From: Puccinia triticina
Lineage: Eukaryota
DNA length: 64,000 nt
NCBI GenBank assembly: GCA_026914245.1
Contig: CP110440.1
Span: 2,976,001-3,040,000, forward strand
Direction of reading: 5' to 3'
The position numbers were made by a program, and so were the translations under genes. The notes beneath the pieces are model-generated. The model was not told where the DNA came from. It saw nothing but the letters and a program-made list of their open reading frames with translations, and searched no databases. This document shows positions 11,611-25,168 of this stretch, piece after piece. The stretch's first letter is position 1. Each line of letters starts with the position of its first letter.

Positions 11611-12929
11611 TAGAGATAGTCATTTGGTACCTGCGGCGGGTACCTAGTACCGCTTGGCGGGTACGCCTTGCAGCCGCCTCGCACCCGCGCAGCGGTGCCG
11701 GGTGCGGTACTAGGTACTGGGTTTTGGCCGGAAAGCAGTGCGGCACCCGGGTACCGCCTACAAGTACCTCCCATCCCCCGGGGGATTGAGGGCCTTGACT
11801 TGTTAGATCCAGCTCAGCAAAGGTCTCCCAGCAAGCTGGGAGGATTCCTCTCGGCATATCCAGCTTGCCAAGGGGACTCCTCTTGGCACATCCAGCTCGC
11901 CGAGGGGACTCCTCCCCAGGAGCTGGATACACATATTTTATCCAGCTTGCGGCCGCCAAGGAACCTCCTGATGAGCTGGAGAGAAGTCCCCTTGCCAAAC
12001 TGGATACATATGTGAACCCGCACCCCGCGAGTTCACCAAACCAGTCACGGGAATGTCACCGACCTGTCTCCAACCGCGCTCTTAGGTCCCATCGCCCCGC
12101 ACCCTCCTAGCTCAGTAGGGAAGTACTGACACTTCCCCTGGGCTAGGTGAGTACCTCCATTCTCTCTCTTCCTTCTTGGTTCCTCCTCTCCTCCTTCTGT
12201 CCCTTTTCTTTCTCTCCTCTTCTTCAATTGTTTTTAGTAGGGAAGTACTGACACTTCCCCTGGGCTAGTCTTGTGCAACACAATATATAGTGGTTCCAGA
12301 AACTCCCTCCAAGGCCCTGCCTTGTCCCTTTGTGCCCCCTCTCTACGGTTCTACCACGCTCAGTGAAGCGCTTACAACATATGTATCCAGCTCGCTGAGA
12401 GGAATCTTCCAAGGGAGCTGGATGTGTCCAGCTTGCCGTGAGACCTCCTTAGCCAAGCTGGATATTGTGTATCCATCTTGGCAAGAGGTGAATCATCTTG
12501 GCGAGCTGGATACATATTATGTATCCAGCTCAGTGAGGGATGTCCACCCGGCGAGCTGGACGCATTTCCAGCTTGCTGGGTAGACTTGCCTCTTTGACCG
12601 CAGCCATTCCTCCGGTCCAAGAGGTGTACATGCCTCCAATCGGATGGATCAATTCCTCCTTGACTGGAGGGATTCCTCTGGTCAAAGAGGAGAGCCAGTG
12701 CTTGCCGGGAGGAGTCTCTCCCGGCAAACAGTGGCTTGTTTACCCTCCAGCTCGTTTCAAAGGAGGGCAACAAACTGGATGAAGCAAGCAGGACAGAAAG
12801 ACACTGCCACACCAAAAAATATCACAGGCGGTACCCGTGGTACCTCCCAGGCGGTGCCAGGTGCAGTACTAGGTACCTGGAATGGGCCCAAAAGCGGTGC
12901 GGTACCCGGGTCCAGAATGACTATCTCTA
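11611..12929. mobile_element. Non-autonomous hAT-type element
   Basis: TIR TAGAGATAGTCATT; 8-bp TSD ATCTGGTT/ATCTGATT; GGTACC-rich subterminal repeats. Confidence 0.85.
12011..12376 (+). mobile_element. Solo LTR (366 bp) nested in hAT element
   Basis: TGTGAA...TTACA termini, 5-bp TSD ACATA. Confidence 0.8.
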
Positions 12930-15900
12930 ATCTGATTGGAAGGAGCTTCTGATTGATGCATTGAATTAGCAACCGCAAAAACTCAGTACGCCAAACCAAC
13001 CAGACTTACTTTTCTTCTCACTGGGTGTGGCACCCTGAACGGTTGGTTGCTGGCGCACTTGCAATGAAGGTTTGGGGTTCTTCTTGGAAAGTTTTGGTTT
13101 TTGTTTTGATGTTGGTTGGTTGCCAGTTGCCAGATTGCTTTCAAATTTGTGTGTGGTATTGGTTGGGGCAGATGAATTTGCCAAGCTACCAGATTGGCAG
13201 ACAAGCTTACGCGCAGTTGTCCTTTGGGTGACACGAGGCTGTGGATCATTTTTATCAAGCGCTGATGCGGGCGCGGTAGCAAATTCTTGAGTGCCGCTTG
13301 AATCTTTGTTGTTTTGTCAAAGAAAAGAATCAGTCAGAAAACAGATCAAAGTCAACCTATCACGGGATGGCAATGGCCATTGATTGCTTACTTTTGATGT
13401 AACAATCTGCTATATTCTGAATATCAAGCTTTTCCAACAAACTGTCAAGTTTGACATGAGGGAAATTGATGTATAAGAAGTCTTTCAGGGACTGTGGAGT
13501 CCCGTTTTCAGCCCAAGGATCAAAGTAGAATGAGGGCATAGGTGGACCACGCTTCAAGAGAGATAGGAAGAGTGTTCAAGGCACAAGCCACTTAAGGTAA
13601 ACCAGGAATGTAGTGATGACAACAAAAAAGAACCAGCGGAAAGCTACTTGCAAGGGAGAAGATCACCACAGGTAGGATAAACCAGGCATTTTCAAATAAG
13701 ATGAGATAGAAAACCAAAGCAGTTAAGAAAAGAAATAGGCGCTCAAGAGGAGGGATCAGTGAGCTTGCAGTGCAAAGTAGAATAACTAACGTGATGGGCA
13801 CACTTCAAAGATGGATGGTAGCAATGAGGATCTGTTAATGCTGTTTCAGTTGGCCTTCTTTTTTCAAAGCAAGCGAAGGAGGTAATTTGCAAGCGGTCAA
13901 GGTTCAACTGGAAGTTACATAAGGAATTGAACTGAAATGAAGATTTTCACTAAAATAAATTATTTGCAAAACAGTCAGCCAGTTGGGGCTGAGAAATAAT
14001 TTGCAAAATAGTTAAATACTTAAATAGGGTGAATCTGCATTGTTGTTGGATTTGTACTGAAGTCCCAGGTTTTTCAATCTATGACCGTGGTTTGAATAGA
14101 TTTTTTATGTAAGTTTTGAAGTCAGAAAGTTTACATAGGCTCCGATTTGGATTCTAAGAACAAAGGTATGATCTCACCACTTATAAGAAATGCCAGCGCA
14201 GTTTTCTAGGGCCACTGTCTTCACTAGCCAACAGAGAAAGTCACTGTGAAAACTCAGAATCTATCCATGACTATGAATCCATACAAACAGTTGCAGCAAA
14301 TTGCTTTTGCCAAACTTGAGCAGTCTATTCAAGATGATAGCTTGTGGACCGCCGCCTGGTTCATGAAAAATTTTCAAAGGAAGCAATACACAATGACGAA
14401 AGAGCAACTTATTGGGTTGTAATATGAGCAGCAAGAGCGCAGCAAAAGAGCTGGACAAGCTTTAACGGCACTAGAAGAAACCTTGTTCTACAATTCCCAA
14501 CGCAATTTTGAAAAATGGTTTTTGCAAGGAGCCCCCTTCAAGATTGTTCTTGAGGAAAGTTTTGAACGTCAACAAGCCAAAGGATCCAAGGTCAACCGTT
14601 TGCAACAAGAGGTGATAACTTATACGCGGGCTGCTTGGTACATGAGAGGGATTGTTTGGATGTCCAAAGCGTAGACACAAGTGGCAATGGAGAGCACAAT
14701 TCCAGAGGGGATCAAATTAGAGGCTATGGGAACTGCACCGTCCACTGAAAATTACAAAAAGTGAGTTATTTGAAAGTTTAAATAATAATGAAAGCGGAAT
14801 AAGGACTGATGTGGCTCTGCCGCAGTATGGCATTTGATGAAAAGGGCTGGATCCTCATTCAGCTTGAGGAAGCCCAGCAAGGTCACTATTTTGGCTTCCA
14901 GTGGGCTACCCCAGCACACCCTTCTGCCACTATTCTTTTGGACGGCCACACTGTGTAGTTCCCCATGAACAGTGATATATAAATGCATACTACAGGCTAC
15001 ATACTTCTATATACCAGTATCTTTTAGCTTTTATGGAAAACTAGGCTCTCCAGGTGGCTATGCTGCTGCTCTTCCTTGTCAAGTCCCACACTTGCTGCAA
15101 CCTTAGTCCCTTCCCTGGGATGCTCCTTGTGTCCGAGCCGCCGGCCTTTTCTTCCCCTAGCACCACCTGAGTCTGCATTCTCCTTGTGCCTGTGTCCAAG
15201 CCACCTGCCTTTTCCTCCCATTAGCACTTGGAATTGAATGAATCTTTAGCCACAAGAGATGGAATGAAACAAGTGGTAACATGAAAACTGTTGAGGGTAA
15301 TTTGATGTAGTAGTGTTCTTGCATATTCAATATCACATGTACACGTGTCAGTACATCTTGAAGTTTGCTTGCACTGGATAAAAAGTTTTTTCTCTTGCCT
15401 TCTTGTTTTCCGCTTCACCATCAAGTCACGGTCAGGACGCACTCACGCTTCAATCCCTCAAGACTCAGGAAGGCCAAAGTATAGGAGTTTCACCACTCAG
15501 GTAAAGAAGAAGCAAAATCTAAACTGTCAATTTGCATTTGTTAACTCATTGACAATTTTGAATCAACAACACTAGATCTAGAATCTGAAATCAACTGCGT
15601 TTCAGGAGGAGTTTAAATCAAGAATCTACACTAGGAGTCTCAGCGTTGGTCTAGTTACTATTGTGTTCATAAGAATGATTCATTCTTATGATTAAAATCA
15701 CTAAAACCATTGTTTCTTTAGTTTTTGTTGTTCAGTCATTGTTCTTGCTTTTCAAAGTTCTTGTCGGCGTTATATCCAGTTTCTCAGTATAGATAGCATC
15801 TAAATCCTGTTGGTATTTCACTTGTTACTTCTTTATGATTTTCTTTTGTTTAAACTCATCTTATTTCTTTTATTTGTTCTGCTTATTGTTATAGTCCAAA

Positions 15901-18900
15901 AGTACTACTGCTGGCTGAAGAAATATATCTAAGATTTACAACAAAGAGTTTGACCCTACATCACAAAGACAACAACCCTTGAGACCTACAGCTGTACAGG
16001 AAAACCCCCATGCACCCATACATAGCAGAATGGAAAGAGAAGGTGTGAGCCGTAACTCCGGGCCTATGTAGTCTGACCTTAGATGAGGATGAGGAAGGTG
16101 GATGCGCCTCGTGCAACTATCCTACATATCCCTTTCTTTTTGCATTCAAACAAGACATGAGGACAACATGGTGTTTGAGGGGACCCGCTTTCAAGTGATG
16201 GACGGGGTTGATGGTGCAAGTATATTTACATAAGCCATCAAATATGAACTCTGCCTCATCCCTCAGTTGCTAAAAGCAAGTAAAATAGCAACTGGAAACC
16301 CCATGGGGCTCTTGCCGGCTAGTCGGACACCATGATCATTGGATCTGTTGCCCGGGTCAATCCACCACCAATATCTCCTTCTGCCTCCGCACAGCTTCAA
16401 GGTCATTCCTCAAAATCCATGGCAGAATGGCCTCCAAAGATGTCCTTGTCTCCAGCCAAAAGCAGCCCAATCAGTGGGGCTACAAATGGGAGGAAGGCTT
16501 TATCGGATGCTACAAGGAGCTGGTTAGTGATAATGACCCTCAGTTATGTGTTAAACTCAATCTACATAGCCTTCCCCAATCTGACCCCTCTGATTCTCTT
16601 CATCACTCTTGGTTGGGTATCATAATAGAGCAAAGGCACACTACCAAAGGGCCTTAGCTGGGACAATCGTCCAAGAGAACAAGCTCTGTTTGAAGGACCT
16701 TGTCAAAGCCAATAGGCTTGTGCTTGGTAATCAGGCCATCAAGAAGGAACTCAAGCGAGTTTGCATTGGCTCAATCCTGGTCGCTTCTCTTCACCCCTCT
16801 GCCTAACTCTGGTTCCCCACACAATCTGAGAGCCAAGCTAACCCACCGCGTGGTTTGCAAGAGTAACTTGGTTCTCAGTTTTGTGGGCGTTCCTTGGTGT
16901 GGTTGGGGGAGAAGTCGGTGATAAGCAACGTGGGACATAGGGTGGTTACCTGAATTGTAAGTAAAGCTCCATTGATGCCTGCTTGGCACCCTCTGTCTCC
17001 AGGACCACCTCTCCTGCAATTGAGATCACTCCACCACCCAAGCCACCAGCAACAACGACAGTCCACGCCCATCCCCCCGCTCCTCTATCCTGCTCTCCCT
17101 GCTCCGCCACCGCCTCGAACACCCAACAGTCTGACCCTCCGCCAATCCGGTTTGACAAGCTGCTCCAGAACTCCAAGCGCAACCACGTCCAGGCTGGCCT
17201 CCTCCTCCGCGCCATCTACCTTGACCAGCCCTTCCGGACCAACGGAAGCCCGCTCCACAACTGGCTCTCCGAGTTCCGCATTGGCGACTTCAACCCAGAC
17301 CACCTGCCTCAAGCACCACTGGCCCGCCCAAGGCCCCTCCCAACCACCAGCCCCCTCAGTAATTAGTTTCTCCTGCCCCTCTCAATCTAACTAACCTCCA
17401 CATGTAGTGGGATGTACCTCCAAAAAAAAAACAAAAAAGCAACAGATCTCATTGTTCTGATCAACCAACACTTGGCCCCCCTTGCCCAGCCCTGCCACCT
17501 CAACCAGGCGAACAAAATCTTCCGGCTATACAACCAGCGCGTCATTGATGCCCAGTGCGGTGTCGGTGTGGCTAACCTCTCCCTTGTTAATGCCTTTGCT
17601 CAGCTTTTCAAGGCCAAAAGGGTCAAGTACCATCTTGTCCTCCAGGCCTCAGAGGGCTACAGACCCATCTGGCCTGCCTGGCTCCCTGAAAACACCCAAC
17701 AAACTGGCCTACCTACTCATATATAAAAACTCATCCCTCTCTCCTCTCTCTCTCTCTCTCTCTTTTTCTTAGGCAGGTAATCCATGTTGGTCTGTTGGAC
17801 TGTTTGGAAAGCATGACAGTTCTATGCTGATGTAATGATAAACGTACTCATACACACATAAATTGTACATTTGTGCTCATCTCATATAGGTACATACATA
17901 CTCTTCACCCATCACCACCCGTCTTATGTACCCTGTCCTCTCTCTCTCTCACTTGCGTCTTCTTTTGTGATTCAGCTGTAGAAACAGCCCCAATATCTCT
18001 CAGTCAGCAAAAGGTACCACCCACTGTCAATGGTTATAATTAAAATTGTTCCCTGTGTCACAGTACTATGATTAAAACTTTTAATTAAACTTGTTGCTGC
18101 AAGGAAAGAGCCCCAATTACACCCTTTGTTGCCGCCAGCTGCTCATCACGCTTTTGACCAATTCGCACAATTAACCCCACCGGACCAGAGTTCTCACCTC
18201 ATTCCATCCTCAACTTGATGGTTGGCCCCACCGCAGCAGCAATTGCAGCCAAGCCGCCTGCAGCGCTCTCATCTACCAATAAAACCACCTTATAACACTT
18301 GTGCACAAGCCAAATGGCTGGCCATGCTCAACGTATGACATCTGCTCACCCGTGTGTGCCCTGTAGGTTCAGGCTCCAGGTTTGTCAATGTATGTAAATG
18401 TAATACAATTCCAAATTTTACGGCAAATCCACATACATAAATATTTGTCTGTGCCTGGCTCAAATTTAATGTTTACATGTAAAATCATGTTTGATGGGTG
18501 TGGCTGTGGCATAAGCTATGTACATAGTGTGTATCCTACATAAAAGAACAATTTCAGCCTATGTAGTCACTGCTTGAAAACTCTCCCGCGGCCTGCAACG
18601 CCAATACCGGGGCCCCCAAGGATTGACAAGCACGGCCTTCAATGATAAAACCTTGCTTTCCATGCGTGCAGTATGTAGACTGTAGATTGTACAGTGTTCA
18701 TGAAGAAAACTCAATCACCATGAAGAAAAATTGATTACCGCCTACAACTTCTTGCAAGCCCAGATCAACACGGGGGGCACTGATAGTTGTTCATCTCTAC
18801 TTGCCACCTCACAGTTACAGAAGAAAGAGAAGCAAACAGTGCAGAAGAACACTTCTGATGCTATTGTAGCTGGGGTAGTTGCCAATTTTCAAGCTGGTAT

Positions 18901-20284
18901 ATGGAAATGTGGGTCTTTCTTTGTTGATGCAAAGCTGTACCAGATGACAAATTTATAATCTATCTTGTTTTTTTAATGATTGGTCTGGCAGCCCCGAGCA
19001 AACTCCGAGTGGTGGATATGCAAGCAATCCTGAAACATTATGAAGTCATTGCCGCCTCCAAACCTTCTAGGACTGTATGCGTTTGGCTCTTTGGAAAAAT
19101 TCTTGCAGACCGCGGAATAACCATTGGCACAGCTTCTCAGCAGCAGGGCTCAAAGCACGTTCAAACTAAAAGGATATTTCAAGGTGAAGAGAATGAAGAG
19201 AACTCTAGGAATAAACAAAATAAAACATACTCAAGCCAACAAATTACAACTAAACTAGACAGATTTGCTCCTCCAGCACCCTCCGTGGGCAATCCGGTAG
19301 ATCAAGGCATCAATCCCCCCAGCAATAACATACCTTTAGCTAGCCTGCACCAAAGAACAACAAAGATCTTGAGTACCAGTTTGGCACGCAATGAACCCTC
19401 CAGTAAGAATCTGCCCCTCACTATCCTGCTACCCACATCAGAACGTTCCTCTGCAATCAGGACTGCAAATGAACAAGACAACAAACCCTCAACCAATGAC
19501 ATACCTTTAGCTAGCCTGAGCCTAAGACCAACCCAGTCCTCCAGCAGCAACGTGGCACACAATAAACCCTTCAGCAACCATGCACCTTCAAATATCCTGC
19601 CGGCAATATCTGCACAGTCCTCCGTAATCAGCGCTGCAAATGACACTACCAAGATGGATGAATTTGCAATGTTGCATATTGATCAATATAGCGTATATTG
19701 ATCATTTGTTTTTTTTATTCCTCTTGATACCTTTGTCTGTGTTCCATGTCTCCTTAATACTCTTCTATAATCTCTCTCCTTCCCCCTGTGTTAGCTTCAA
19801 GCCACAGGATTATTTTTTTTTGCCTGATAACATTCATAAATTTCTACATACACCCTTCAATTCTTCATGGAAAAAAGACATTGCAAATTTTAGGATTAAT
19901 CCAGGGTGGCTGAGGGGTCTCAAAGTTTTTTTCTTTTTTTTTTACTTCAACAATTGATGCTGTCAGAAGTCTGCAAATCTACTTTTTTTCAAAAAAGGAA
20001 AAACATTGACCTCTGACCTCTCTCATGATACCATCCTGCAAACTTTGTTAATTAGGTTGGTTGAACTTCCTGAAGATATTGCACATCATACTTGAAGTGC
20101 TACATGCATAGAAGGACTTTTTGAAATTAGTTTACCATGGTTTAGCATATTTTTGTCAGGTTCTTTTTTTTGTCTACTTTTGTTATCAACCACAGATTAA
20201 TGAGGAATATTTCCACATAAAATTTCATCGGACAATTTTTTTTCATATAAAACCCAGAAATATTGTGTTTAGGGTCACATCCAT

Positions 20285-21478
20285 TATACAGCAGCTACAA
20301 TCTGATCAGTTGCCAAATATCACTACTTTGGTAATTTCTTGGTGTTTCTGCCACTACATCTCATCCCAGCATGAGAATTCCTCCAAGATTTTGTTACCAA
20401 AATGTTGAAAAGCCCCCAAAGCTTCATTATGTAAGTTGACTGACCACAAAACCCCCAAATGTAGCAGCTACAGTTTGATCAGTTCCCAAATATCACTACT
20501 TTGGTAGTTTCTTGGTGTTTCTGGCACTATATCTCATCCCAGTTTTGGAATTTGAGAAATTTGGCTGGTGCTCATGTGCTCCGCAGTTGGTTGCCTCCAA
20601 ACCAATGAAACTCCGCCCCTGGACCTTCTCCTCATCTCGATCCGGACCTAACAAATCCTACCCACCCAACGAACAACACTCGACAAAAACCAAGTCCAGT
20701 CATTGTCGTTGCTTGAGATCACCGGCTGCATCAGTCAAGAGTGGTGGTAATTACATCTTCTTTCTTGCCTCTTTGCTCCTGGTCATGTGGTCCTCATCTT
20801 GTTGCTGATTCTTGTCTCTCAGTCTCTTCTGTTGCTGTCTGTTGTTTCTGTTTTGTTTTCTATTGTTTTATCTTGTTGCTATACCAAAGCGGTCCTCTAG
20901 GTATATTTCATTTTCTCTCTTGTTTTGTTATTTGTCTCTATCTCTTTGTCTTCTCAAACTGAAATCATCAACTCTAGTTTTGCCTCAAACGTTCTTACAC
21001 AGTGTGAGAATACTTCTGACATATGATCACCATGATGTATGTAAGCCCCCAAAGTTTCATCATGTACCTTGACTGACCACAAAACCCCCAAATGTAGCAG
21101 CAACAGTCTGATCACTTCCCAAATATCACTACTTTGGTAGTTTCTTGGTGTTTCTGCCACTATATCTCATCCCAGCGTGGGAATCCTTGTGCCATATGGT
21201 TAAAAAAATGTTTAGAGGCCCCCAAAGATTCATTACGTACCTTTAATGACCACAAAACCACCAAATGGAGAAGCTACAGTCTGATCAGTTCTCAAATATC
21301 ACTACTCTGGTAGTTTCTTGGTGTTTCTGCCACTATATCTCATCCCAGCGTGGGAATCCTTCTGCCATATGTTTACCAAAATTTTGACAAGCCCCAGTGC
21401 TTTATTATGTACCTTTAGTGACCACAATACCCCCAAATGTAGCAGCTACAGTCTGATCCGTTCCCAAATATCACTTCT
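20285..21478 (+). repeat. ~173-bp tandem repeat array (interrupted by an insertion at about 20545-21000)
   Basis: caaatatcact at 20314, 20487, 21120, 21293, 21465. Confidence 0.88.
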
Positions 21479-21559
21479 TTGTGCCACTGGAGAGAGAGAG
21501 ATTTTACCAGAGGCGGCTGGTGTGGTGAGAGAGAGAGAGAGAGAGAAAGGGCGACTGAC

Positions 21560-21927
21560 TTGAGGACGGCAACGGTCCAGACGAGTGTGTGCTCTCCCTG
21601 GAGTTTCTCAACGGTCATCTGGTTGAGACAACGGCCAGAGCCTGCGGTCCACTTGCACAGACTGGAGTTGGCGCCGCCGGCAACGCGGAAGAGCTGTGAT
21701 TTGTTGGGCTCCTGGAGCAGGAGAGGAGTTTTGGAGGGTGTGATTCCCCAGGCAAGGCTGAGGAGACAGGTGTTGCAGGGGTTGAGCTTGCAGACAAGCT
21801 TGAGCTGGTTGTTGGCAATGGCACCAATGCGGATGGCGCCGTGGTCACAGCCAATGGCCAGCCAGGTGTGTGCAGGGGAGGGGGCGAGGGACCAGATGGC
21901 GACGGAGGAGGGCATGGCCAGGGTGGG
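21560..21927 (-). pseudogene. UTP4: Captured exon of WD40 U3 snoRNP protein Utp4/cirhin
   Basis: IWSLAPSP..LAIGCDHGAIRI..LLSLAWG..GGANSSLCKW..GR..MTVEKLQGEHTLVWTV; AG acceptor and GT donor flank the exon. Confidence 0.75.
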
Positions 21928-22469
21928 CTAAGCGCGTAGTTGTGATGGGCGTTGTAGGACTCGTGTGGGACACTAAATATAATTTGGTGAAATATCCGCT
22001 GAGGGGGAAATAAATTGCTTAATAGGTTGAAAGGCTATTACAAATTACGAGTGGTTTGAAAGACCTGCCCCTCTAATAATACTATGCAAATATCTAAGAG
22101 TCTTGTAATCAATATTTATAAAGATATGGCTGATTCCAAGATAGATCTTACTTTCATATAGTAATATCTATCAGACCTAGATCACTTGATTCAAAAGGCT
22201 AGCAAATCTGTTATAACTTCTTTGCTCGCAGGCAATATACTTACTTTGTTATACTCGTACTACACGTTACTAATATGCTGTTTAACTCAAACTTGTTGTT
22301 GTGTTATGCTTGGTTCTACTACTGCCGAAACACTAATACTGCTACTAAACTTCTACACTACTTGTACTAACCACTAATCCGCACTGCTGACTAAACTACC
22401 CTATGTGACCAAACCTCTGTAGGCTGATGGGGAAAAGTCTGATGAGGGGAGAAAGGGCCTCCTTATATA

Positions 22470-22950
22470 TTGAAGGATGAGGGATTTTTGCTCCAGGGAA
22501 GCTCCTCATGAGGGATTATTGCTGCAGGTGATCTCAACTACACAGCTTCTCATGCATGTACTGCGCTGCATGTACAAACAACGAGGGGTTTATGCTGCAG
22601 GAGACACTCAACTACACAGCATCTGCATGCGTGTGCTGCACTGCCTTACAAAAAATGAGGGATTTATGCTGCAGGAGACACCTCCTGTACATCTTATCTA
22701 CCTGCATATGAAGTGCTTCATGTACAAACAATGAGGGATTTATGCTGCAGGAGACACTTCCTGTACAGCTTATCTGCCTGCATATGTTGTGCTACATGTA
22801 CAAACAATGTGGGATTTATGCTGCGGGAGACACTTCCTGTACAGCTTATCTACCTGCATATGCTGTACTATGCAAACAAACAATGAGGGATATATGCTGC
22901 ATGATGCACTTGAGCTACACAGCACTTTCATGCATGTACTGCGCTGCATG
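22470..22950. repeat. ~76-bp minisatellite
   Basis: About 6 copies of acaatgagggatttatgctgcaggagac... Confidence 0.85.
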
Positions 22951-23774
22951 ATGTCATGTGTTGCTATGCAATCAAGCCACCTTCCATCCTCTTCCACACA
23001 CTCTGCATCCATTGTCTAACCTGTTCCATTCTTAATGTTGGGGGTCAAAGCCTCTCCTCCCATCTTGCTCCTTCTTCCCTTCTTCCCCCGCACTGTATTA
23101 CACACTCCCTCCACTATAATACCTCTGCAATGGGATTTTGGCATTGTCACACATATGGAACACCACAGCGTGTGGGCTGGTGGCTGGTGTCCATGAGAGT
23201 GGTAACTGGTCCCTTATCTGGTTAGGACCATTTTGAAAGGCGGAGGCTACTCTTGGCTTGTGAGCGGAGGCGCAGTGATTATTGCCTTGACAATGGCGGG
23301 GGTTGGGATGGGGCACGGTGGTGACAGTTTGCGGTGTTGTGCTTGAGGAGAGGCCAGATTGTCTATAAAGGTGGGCTGGTGTGCAGGGAGATTGTTCCTC
23401 ATTTGAACCGCTGTGCTGCACTTCCAGCCAGCGGTTGGGCTCATGCCCCTCTGCTGTTGCATTTGTGCACTTCAGGGGCTTATTTGTGGCCCCCCTGTGC
23501 AGAATGCCCTTGCGGCGCGCTGGGGGTCATCTCGTCACTACTTTTTAACCCCGCTAGAAGGGGATGGGTAGTGGGGCCTCTCTGTTGGGTTTTTGATTTT
23601 TTTGTGTTTGCTGTCACTATTTTGTGTCAATTTTATTTGTTGGATAGGCCCATACTTTTTTTCTTGTGACAGAATAGGGGGAACCCTTTTTTGTTTTGTA
23701 AAATTTGGGTAAATTGTAGGGGAAACCTTTGATCATTGGTTTTGTGTTTCCCTGTCTTTGATAAACTTGGATTT

Positions 23775-24425
23775 GGGGTCTGATCAGACTGTAGCTGCTA
23801 CATTTGCAGGTTTTTTGGTCAGTAAAGGTACACAATGAAACTTTGGAGGCTTTTCAACATTCTAGTAACCATATGGCAGAAGAATTCTCACGTTGGGATG
23901 AGATATAGTGGTAGAAACACCCAGTCACTACCAAAGTAGTGATATTTGGAAACTGATCAGACTGTAGCTGCTACATTTGGGGGTTTTGTGGTCATTGAAG
24001 GTACATAATGAATCTTTGGGGGCTTGTTAACATTTTGGAAACCATATGGAAGAAGGATTCCCACGCTGGGATGAGATATAGTGACGGAAACACCAAGAAA
24101 CTACCAAAGTAGTGATATTTGGAAACTGATCAGACTGTAGCTGCTACATTTGGGGATTTTGAGGTCATTAAAAGTAAATAATGAAACTTTGGGGCCTTTT
24201 AAACATTTTGGTAAACATATGGCAGAAGAATTACCATGCTGGGATGAGGTATAGTGGCAGAAACACCAAGAAACTGCCAAAGTAGTGATATTTGGGAACT
24301 GATCAGACTGTAGCTGCTACATTTGGGGGTTTTGTGATCATTAAAGGTACATAATGAATTTTTGGGCGCCTGTGAACATTTTGGTAACCATATGGCAGAA
24401 GGATTCCCACACTGGGATGAGATCA
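23775..24425 (-). repeat. ~173-bp tandem array, inverted copy of the 20285-21478 array
   Basis: gtgatatttg at about 23939, 24112, 24285. Confidence 0.88.
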
Positions 24426-25168
24426 CTGCCAACATGTAAGCATCAGTTGTGTGCATCCCAGTTAATCTGGGATGCTTGCAACCGATTTAAAATTGGTTGC
24501 ACCCATCCGACACAACCTGTATCTGAGCTAAGATCAGGGGGTCAAAACCCGAGGGTTTTGACAACCGATTCAAACTTGGCTGCCTGGGGGCTAAGTCAAA
24601 CTCGGATGGGTGCTCAACCAATCAATTTGATTTTTTGGTTGGCTGTGAGCTGATTCAACCTCGGCCACTACCCACCGGTAATTGATAGCTCGGTTGCAGG
24701 TTCAACCGAGCTTTCCAATATTTGGTTGCTGGAAACCGATGAATTCCAGCTCGGTGTGAGACCTACCGAGGGAAATGAATCTTGGGAGGTCACAAACCGA
24801 TGAAATTGAATTATCGGTTGTGTGCCTCACCGAGAGAATCAAGGATTGCCACTCATTGGTTGCGGATTCAACCGATGAAATCAAGAAGGCACTTAACCCT
24901 GGCAAAAACCTCTTGGAAAAAGCTTTCCGCGGAGAAAACCTCTCCGGAGAAGTTTTCCGCGGAGAAAACCTCTCTGGATCAGCAGGCCAGCTTGGCTCTG
25001 CAAGTGGTTGCAGAGGGAGCCGCCGAGAGTGGAAGGTAGCCCAAACGATATCAGAACCATCGGCCATATCCCAACACAACATCTCTGGTGGTCAACAGCC
25101 CCCGGCTTCACGATCCAGGTCAACTCAACCATCTTCAGGCAAGCCAACCAACCAGCAACCCACCCAGC

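Noticed and set aside
9345..13330. Old minus-strand gene split by MITE and hAT insertions
   Set aside because: Fragments have no recognisable domain; cannot be assigned
15289..15943. Possible solo LTR (TGTTG...CAACA)
   Set aside because: Flanks AAAAC and AAGAG do not form a TSD; boundaries unsupported
18976..19701. 241-aa Ser/Thr-rich ORF
   Set aside because: Low complexity with an internal duplication and no identifiable motif or gene structure
20285..24425. CRISPR-like array
   Set aside because: Whole units repeat with no unique spacers; eukaryotic context, no cas genes
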